NCBI GenBank assembly: GCA_009859145.1
Contig: VRVR01000012.1
Span: 62,001 to 126,000, forward strand
DNA length: 64,000 bases
Source of the DNA: Andalucia godoyi And28
Taxonomy: Eukaryota; Protista; Jakobida
Reading direction: 5' to 3'
Shown here: positions 57,841 to 64,000 of the stretch, piece after piece
Numbering within the stretch: position 1 is the stretch's first letter
Layout: every line of letters starts with the position of its first letter
Made by a program: the position numbers and the translations under genes
The notes under the pieces: generated by a model
What the model saw: the letters and a program-made list of their open reading frames with translations, nothing else
Databases searched by the model: none
Told to the model about the DNA's origin: nothing

Positions 57841-60093
57841 TTATATAGGCATCATTGCAGGAACAATTAGCAACTCGAAGCCGTTCCGATCGCCATTGTC
57901 ATCATCATCTTCTTCTTCTTCACCATCATCATCATCGTCGCCGTCCTCGTCTTCTTCAGATACGAAAGGATTGACAAACGGCACTTCATCCAGAGCATCC
58001 CCGTTCTCAAACATTGGCGGAGCATTTCCGATATTTTGCAGCAGCAGCGCACGCCGTTGTGGCAGTGGCAGTCTGGGTCCTTGTGCAATCCGGATACCCT
58101 CCTCAGAAAGCTTGTCCATGCATGCTTGCCCGAGTGACTTCCGCTGAGTTCCAATTTCCTCAGGTCGTCGCATCGCTTCTTGCACGGTGACCAGTTTTCG
58201 CTGCGTTTCATTGTGCATGCGATTACGAAGCTTAGTAAGCGTTCTACCGTGGGTGCTGAAATTCCTCTCCGCTGCGGCTGAAGTTACAGGGATTTCGAAA
58301 AGACGCATCGCAATTTGGGAAAGCTTTGGAAAGCGCATCAGCCCCACTCCGTTCCAGAATGCTCGCGGGCACACGCGACCGTTCACCGTACAGAGGGCAT
58401 AGTTGAATGCAACCGAACCCACTACCCACATGGCTAGCTCATTGCCAAGGTCGTTGCGGGAGGCTTCGTCTATCTGGGAGTTACAGTACGAAACACCTTC
58501 GTCCACGACGGAAGAATCAAAGTACATTCGGTGAAAACGGGGATCAAGAAAGACCGCGGCGACAATCTCTGGTCGATGCAGGTACGCCTTCCACCGCTGC
58601 AGTAGCTTGGTTTCTGCTCCAGCAGCATCCTCTGCCGACAGAACAGACGCACAGTGGAGATTCAGGTGGTCCCACAGGACAAATGCATCGGAAAGCACCG
58701 ACACATCACTTTCCAAGAAGGCGATGACGATTGCAAACTCGCGCAAGAAGCACTCGGCCTTGCGTAATTCCTGCCAAAAGCTGTTCCTGACCAACGAGGC
58801 GGCACGATGTCCTAGGTCTACCTGCATCTCTGCCCGTGCAGCGGCCTGACGAAGTGCATCTTCATTTGCAATCACACTCGCAATGCAAGTGTGTTGACTG
58901 GCCCATCTTGTCGAGACGGATGCTTGCAGACGTTTCCTCGCGCCGCATTGCGTCTCGATTCTCGTCCAAAGCAATTTCTTCCGGCTGAAAAACGACGTCA
59001 AGTCGTTACAAAAGTCAATGCTTGCGGCAAGCCACGGCAACTCTCGACAGATATCCTTCAAGAGAAGATGTGTAATGTGAGCCGCACAACCAATGGTTGC
59101 GAGCTTGGGCATCTTTTGTTTCAGCAATCTCCATGCTTTCTTCATCGTGTTGCAGTTGTCTGTGACGATTGCACTCCACTTGTCTACTCCACCGCACGCA
59201 TGTTCGGTGATTTCTCTCATCTTTGCATGTATGACGTCGGCCAAATACTCTGCATCTTGATTGTGGTCTCCGGTGAAAACGGAATCGAAGAAAAGAGGCG
59301 CGGGTGTGTGCACGATGAAATTGACCACTGCAGCGTCTACAGCGTTTGTCCAGGAATCGGTCGACACGCTCAGCCATCGGGCCTTCAAACAAGCGTCTGC
59401 GAACGTAGACTTGCATTCTTGGTACATTTCATTCAACAGTGGACCAGCGACCGCTCGGCGAGTCGGCAGTGCAGGGAATGACTCCGATCTGGAAGTGACA
59501 CCGAGGCTGTCGAATGCGAATTTCAGTTGCTCATTTTCAATGAACCTGAAGGGAACATTGCACTGGTACATTGCTTTCACAAAATGTCGCACAAAGGCAT
59601 CCCAGGCAGGACGGGAAATGGACACAGTCGAAGACTTGATTGATGACTGGCGGAAAACTTTCTTCACTGGTTCTGTGGTGCTACTTGCCTCTGATGTCAG
59701 CACTCGTCGACGACTCTCAACCAAGCGACAATCTTCTCTATTTGTCAACGACGACGACGAAGACGATTGCGAGTTGTCCGAACTTGGGGAAAAAATAACG
59801 CGCCCAAAAATGGAGCTGTGCTGCTTGGACAAGACAGCCAAGTCGCTTGCGGGAATGTTCTTACAGGTGATGAAGTGTGCGCACACTCGAGTCGGATTAT
59901 CGGATCCTGGAACAGATATTCCACAGTGTTTGCACTTCCAAGGTCCCTTCCCCTGGTTTTCTGCAGGGTCTTTCTCACCTCCAGAGTACACCACGTGTTT
60001 GAAAACAGAAGACTTTGATTTGTGGCCCACAGGAGTAATACGGGTCTGCGAATCCCGCCCTGTTTCGTTCGAAGATGACTGTGCAACAGACAT
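57841..60093 (-). CDS. hAT transposase (BED finger, DUF659-type DDE core, dimerisation domain)
   Basis: WKCKHC...AHFITC BED finger; STDSWT (D), VTDNC (D), CAAH (CxxH), TRWAS, LDPRF, TSAAAERNFS (E); uninterrupted 750 aa. Confidence 0.95.
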   Translation of the reverse strand: MSVAQSSSNETGRDSQTRITPVGHKSKSSVFKHVVYSGGEKDPAENQGKGPWKCKHCGISVPGSDNPTRVCAHFITCKNIPASDLAVLSKQHSSIFGRVIFSPSSDNSQSSSSSSLTNREDCRLVESRRRVLTSEASSTTEPVKKVFRQSSIKSSTVSISRPAWDAFVRHFVKAMYQCNVPFRFIENEQLKFAFDSLGVTSRSESFPALPTRRAVAGPLLNEMYQECKSTFADACLKARWLSVSTDSWTNAVDAAVVNFIVHTPAPLFFDSVFTGDHNQDAEYLADVIHAKMREITEHACGGVDKWSAIVTDNCNTMKKAWRLLKQKMPKLATIGCAAHITHLLLKDICRELPWLAASIDFCNDLTSFFSRKKLLWTRIETQCGARKRLQASVSTRWASQHTCIASVIANEDALRQAAARAEMQVDLGHRAASLVRNSFWQELRKAECFLREFAIVIAFLESDVSVLSDAFVLWDHLNLHCASVLSAEDAAGAETKLLQRWKAYLHRPEIVAAVFLDPRFHRMYFDSSVVDEGVSYCNSQIDEASRNDLGNELAMWVVGSVAFNYALCTVNGRVCPRAFWNGVGLMRFPKLSQIAMRLFEIPVTSAAAERNFSTHGRTLTKLRNRMHNETQRKLVTVQEAMRRPEEIGTQRKSLGQACMDKLSEEGIRIAQGPRLPLPQRRALLLQNIGNAPPMFENGDALDEVPFVNPFVSEEDEDGDDDDDGEEEEDDDDNGDRNGFELLIVPAMMPI

Positions 60094-60284
60094 GTTCTGA
60101 AGTCAAGAAATGTCCAAACAAAAGACAAATTAAAAACCACGAACAACGAAACGAAAACAACACCGGCAATTTCAACTAAAGATGTCGAACAGGAAATTTG
60201 AGGCATGTGGCCAGAGAGGCCAGAAGTGAAATCGCGGGAAATTGCGGCGGCCAAAATGGCGGGCAATCGGAACCGCTTATGAAG

Positions 60285-60367
60285 CTGCAATATTGCATTG
60301 CAATTTCACTGCAATTTCATGCAACTTTGTGCAATCTTGCACTCCAAAGTCCGTTGCAGTGCAAGAT
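60285..60367. repeat. hAT right subterminal TGCAA/TTGCA repeat cluster
   Basis: ctgcaatattgcattgcaatttcactgcaatttcatgcaactttgtgcaatcttgca...ttgcagtgcaagata. Confidence 0.85.
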
Positions 60368-60658
60368 ACCCACCCTAATGCTGACAGCCTTCGAACTGTG
60401 GTTGCATCAAGCACCTCGAGAATCTTCAATCAAACTTCCTCGATGTGAGAATACTGGAGCAGAGTTTTCTTTCTGATGCTTTTGCTTTTTCGTGGAAATA
60501 TTCCGCGGACGTTCCACCATCACTCAGCACAAACAGAGACCAGGTTTTTTAAGATATCCGAACAGCCGGGCATTCCGTAGAAGAAGGCACAGAGGAGCAT
60601 CGGCAGCAGCAACAACAGTAACAAGAATAACAACAACAACAGTAACAGCAACAAAAAG

Positions 60659-60934
60659 ATGTCGGATCGAGAGTTTTTGCAGTCTCTTATTGGAAAGCAG
60701 ATGCAAGTAGGGGTATCCGATGGACGACGGATTGAGGGCACTCTGTACTGCATCGACGCACAAGGAAACATCATTCTGAACTCTTGTACACAGCGGTTCG
60801 ACAACGATGCTGTTCCCATCCGCTCTGTCCTCATCCTTGGGAAATACGTCACAAGCTGCTCTGTGCTATTGGAGCCACCGCCATCCAGTGAATCGTCGTT
60901 GCCACCACCATCCAGTGGGCTATTGGCAAGCTAA
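60659..60934 (+). CDS. Sm/LSm-fold protein, most like the NatC auxiliary subunit Naa38/LSMD1
   Basis: LIGKQMQVGVSDGRRIEGTLYCIDAQGNIIL (Sm1) and VLILGKYVTSC (Sm2). Confidence 0.75.
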   Translation: MSDREFLQSLIGKQMQVGVSDGRRIEGTLYCIDAQGNIILNSCTQRFDNDAVPIRSVLILGKYVTSCSVLLEPPPSSESSLPPPSSGLLAS

Positions 60935-61383
60935 CCTTCATTGCGCCCAGACAGGGGAGAAACAGAGACGCTGCAAAAAGTAGCATGGACGGCTGGTTTT
61001 TTTATCTTATTTTATTTTTTTTGTCTTGCACAGCGGTTTTTTCAAGCTTTGTTCTGATGTAAATGAATATCCCTCTCCTCGACGAAGATGAAAGATTACG
61101 ATCACCGTTTTTGAGACAAAAAAAGGAGCGTGCATGTACCTGCAGCACACGCTCCCAGACTGCATGCAACTGCAAGCGGTTGTAAATCGCTTTTGCCGAT
61201 CCGCCGCACGCCTTTTCTGTCCTTTTCTTGTTTCGAACTTCATCTTTGGAAAAGGGAAAAACCCGTCTTTGCTGACGGAAAGGCAGCTGCTTCGTTTGTT
61301 TATCTGGTTTTGTTTATCTGTATTTTGTGAGTCGTGTATGGTCTGTCACGCTGCTACCGGAAGCTCGCATCTCTCGTTCAAGT

Positions 61384-64000
61384 ATGAGTCATAATGGAAG
61401 CAAAGGATCCAAGACTCGAGTGTCTCCAGAGGACGTTGGAATACCGGCATACCTGCTCGAAGACCTTCATGCATCTCGATGGGGCTCTGTGCGTGTGTCC
61501 ATACATTACATTGTGAATGATGCGTCGCGACACAAGAGAGCATGGCTGGTGGGTGTTTGTACTGTGTTTATCGTTGTCTTCTTCCTGACGCTCTTGCTCA
61601 ACGCCGTTCAGAGGTCGCCTTATATATTCCTCCGATTGTCCGAGTATTCTGTTGGTGAAATGGATCTCGTTCTTACGCCGCAACCGTCTAATGCTTCGAC
61701 AACTGGATTTTTAAATCATACGTACGTGGCTTCAGCACTCGGCTCTGTGGACGTTGTGTCTGGCGTCGCCCCAAGATGGGTCTTTCCGATTCGGCTGTCA
61801 AACAAGTACGATCCCACAAAGAACACCACTACGTTGGCTTTGCTCGCCGACACTGCACACGAGGAGTCCATTCACTTAGGAAGGGCGTTTCCGTATCGCA
61901 AGCTCGGATACGCAGAATGCCACGTTACCGAGTCTCTTCTGCGCGGCATGGGCGTTGGTCCAAATTATGGCAATCGACTGTTGATGACGATTTCTCCGAC
62001 CGATATTCTGTCGATCATCACGTCTGCGTCGGCCGATTCCGGGGCGTCGGGTGGCAACGGCACCTCTCCGTCAACTTCGTTTTTGACGGACCCGGCTGCC
62101 GCTCGCGCTTTTCTTTCCTCATTTGGTCTCAATTTTTCAGCACCCATCACTTTGAATATATCTGCGTTTCAAAGTCTTATTAACCAACAACTGGGTCAGC
62201 TGGGAGGAAACGGCACCAGCATTCTGTCGCTTCTCAATATTTCTCTGACGTTTGGCGTCTCTACAGTGACGTTATCCGGTGAACAAGTGTTCGATCTGCT
62301 GTTTCCTGTTTTCCAACAGATCATCGCGAACGGCCTCACGCTGGAGCTTGTGGTTGTGGATTCTGTGAGCTCTCCAGTCGGAAAGTGGCCAGCTGCAATT
62401 GGAAACGTGGTTTTCTTGGACTCGACGTTCATTACCCGGCAGCTTGGAGAGACGATCCGGGATACGTTGGAACGAAATCTTGCAACGCAACTCTTGCTGA
62501 CACCGGCTCAGATTTCCTCTGTCCAAAGCACGGTGACGTCTTTTCCCATCAATGAATATGCCTTTACGTCTGTTGTGATGTACCGGGATCGGATCGCGGC
62601 ATACGTGAAAGACGAAAAGCCTCGAGATAGCGACTTGATCGGATTTTCCAATGAGGCTTCTTTTGCACTTGGGCCATTGTTCACTGCGCAGTACACGTTT
62701 CCGATTGCAGCGGCCCTCAAGGCAACAACTTTCATTCGGATGTTTCTTGATCAACTCTTCTATCTCGTCGTCGTCTTGATGATATTCCTGGGATCCCTGC
62801 TCATCTACGCCCTTCTGCTCGCAAACGTGGAAGAAAAGACGTACGAGTATGCAATGCTTCGTGCACTTGGGCTGTCGAAGAGGTCCTTGTTGATGATCAT
62901 GATGGGACATGCGTTCGCTTTTGCGATTCCGGGTGTTTCCCTAGGCTTGCTGTTCGCATTCCTTGCAAACATCCCCGTTGCGCTGTATCTTGCCGATTTT
63001 GCTGCGACAGATCCTGATTTTTCTCTGTCCTGGCAAGCCATTTGTCTGGGTCTGGCGGTCGGCATCCTTATTCCCATCTTTGCAAACATAATCCCAATCC
63101 GAAGGGCATTTTCCCATTCTCTCAGAGATGCCCTTGATGTAACTCACCAGCAATTCTCGGAAACATCAGTCACGATGCAGAAGCTCGAGGAGTTGGGCAT
63201 AGAACCTTGGCAGACGGCACTGGGGATTGTCCTGGTCATTTTTGGCATCATTGTTTACTATCTCATTCCATATTCGTTTACTTTCCAAGACTGGCCGCTG
63301 TTTTTCACGATCCTCAATGCGATATTACTTGGTATGCTTCTGGGTCTGTGCCTCCTTGTTCAGCCATTCGAAGTGTACTTGGAACGCGCATTTTTGTGGA
63401 TCTTCCTTATCGCGACCTTCTGCAATCCCGACAAGAAAATGCACACGCTGGTCAAGAAATCAATGGCTGGCCATCGGCCTCGAAGCGGGAAAACGGCGCT
63501 GATGTTCACAGTTGCTCTCGCATTCATCATTTTTGCGGGAGTTATTTTTTCTTTGCAAGCCAAATCCATTCCGATGTCCACGGAAGCTGCCTTGGGATCG
63601 GATGTCGTTGTGCAGGCTCGCACCAGAACGGTTCCGCTGGATAGAAATCGCCTCAAGTCCTTGTTTGACAGTCCATCGACGTCCAGCGCAGTGCGAAAGT
63701 ATTCGTTTGTCACCTTTGAACTGTCGTTGATTGAAAATCTGCGCGTCGCGCGTTTGTCCAATCTCGTCGGATTTCCAACCAGTCGAACATTCGTGTACGG
63801 TGTAGAGAAGGACTATCTCGAGTCTGCGTACGCGAGATATTTCCTCGTGTCGCAACTGCAGTCGTCCTTCTCGTATCCTGATGTTGACGGCGTGCCAGAT
63901 GTGCCGCGTGTCATGATCGAAACTGCTGGACAGGCACGGTTCGACGGCGAGAATGTGTATGGAGATACGTACTACCCTCCGGTTGTCATCAACAGTTTCG
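61384..64000 (+). CDS. Eukaryotic FtsX/MacB-like ABC permease-domain membrane protein; runs off the window end
   Basis: Manual translation from ATG 61384; chunks checked through ~63540 are open: RHKRAWLVGVCTVFIVVFF, LRLSEYSVGEMDLVL, PVGKWPAAIGNV, VEEKTYEYAMLRALG, LRDALD, KTALMFTVALAFIIF. Its absence from the ORF track is consistent with no stop before 64000. Confidence 0.88.
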   Translation, partial: MSHNGSKGSKTRVSPEDVGIPAYLLEDLHASRWGSVRVSIHYIVNDASRHKRAWLVGVCTVFIVVFFLTLLLNAVQRSPYIFLRLSEYSVGEMDLVLTPQPSNASTTGFLNHTYVASALGSVDVVSGVAPRWVFPIRLSNKYDPTKNTTTLALLADTAHEESIHLGRAFPYRKLGYAECHVTESLLRGMGVGPNYGNRLLMTISPTDILSIITSASADSGASGGNGTSPSTSFLTDPAAARAFLSSFGLNFSAPITLNISAFQSLINQQLGQLGGNGTSILSLLNISLTFGVSTVTLSGEQVFDLLFPVFQQIIANGLTLELVVVDSVSSPVGKWPAAIGNVVFLDSTFITRQLGETIRDTLERNLATQLLLTPAQISSVQSTVTSFPINEYAFTSVVMYRDRIAAYVKDEKPRDSDLIGFSNEASFALGPLFTAQYTFPIAAALKATTFIRMFLDQLFYLVVVLMIFLGSLLIYALLLANVEEKTYEYAMLRALGLSKRSLLMIMMGHAFAFAIPGVSLGLLFAFLANIPVALYLADFAATDPDFSLSWQAICLGLAVGILIPIFANIIPIRRAFSHSLRDALDVTHQQFSETSVTMQKLEELGIEPWQTALGIVLVIFGIIVYYLIPYSFTFQDWPLFFTILNAILLGMLLGLCLLVQPFEVYLERAFLWIFLIATFCNPDKKMHTLVKKSMAGHRPRSGKTALMFTVALAFIIFAGVIFSLQAKSIPMSTEAALGSDVVVQARTRTVPLDRNRLKSLFDSPSTSSAVRKYSFVTFELSLIENLRVARLSNLVGFPTSRTFVYGVEKDYLESAYARYFLVSQLQSSFSYPDVDGVPDVPRVMIETAGQARFDGENVYGDTYYPPVVINSF

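Larger units (their letters stand above)
57679..60377 (-). mobile_element. Complete hAT DNA transposon (2699 bp)
   Basis: Perfect 8-bp TSD ATGCTGAC (57671-57678, 60378-60385); imperfect TIRs TAGGGTTGGCA / TAGGGTGGGTA (9/11); subterminal TGCAA repeats; intact transposase ORF. Confidence 0.95.

Noticed and set aside
59261-60100. 279-aa + strand ORF inside the hAT
   Set aside because: Antisense shadow of the transposase.
1-64000. tRNA, rRNA, snRNA genes and CRISPR arrays
   Set aside because: No cloverleaf, rRNA/snRNA signature or repeat-spacer array seen by eye; tRNAscan-SE and Infernal would be needed to exclude them.

Overview
Gene-dense, apparently intron-free eukaryotic DNA in the standard code, with short low-complexity intergenic spacers. 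COX6B and EFHB point to an aerobic flagellated protist. The style resembles an intron-poor jakobid such as Andalucia, but that taxon is an unverified inference. Recognisable genes: class III ADH (5'-truncated), Rpn10, ER FKBP, a hybrid histidine kinase, a CDC48-family AAA ATPase, HID1, VPS53, a PH protein, a Zn2Cys6 factor, POP4, phospholipase B-like, COX6B, a solo MRH protein, EFHB, a 3041-aa UBR/ZZ/HECT E3, a ~3770-aa FG-GAP surface protein, an LSm/NAA38-like gene and an FtsX-like permease (3'-truncated, absent from the ORF track). Highlights: (1) a stand-alone Raptor N-terminal domain gene with a metacaspase-type His/Cys dyad (YSGHG, DCCHSG); (2) a ~28.9-33.1 kb relic island with a frameshifted Polinton/virophage-type rve integrase, a collagen/fibre gene fragment and a TA-flanked MITE, surrounding an intact secreted ORF with Vip3-toxin-like helices; (3) a complete hAT transposon at 57679-60377 with an 8-bp TSD; (4) a two-block dispersed intergenic repeat. 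All family assignments are by-eye motif recognition against remembered sequences; no searches were run.
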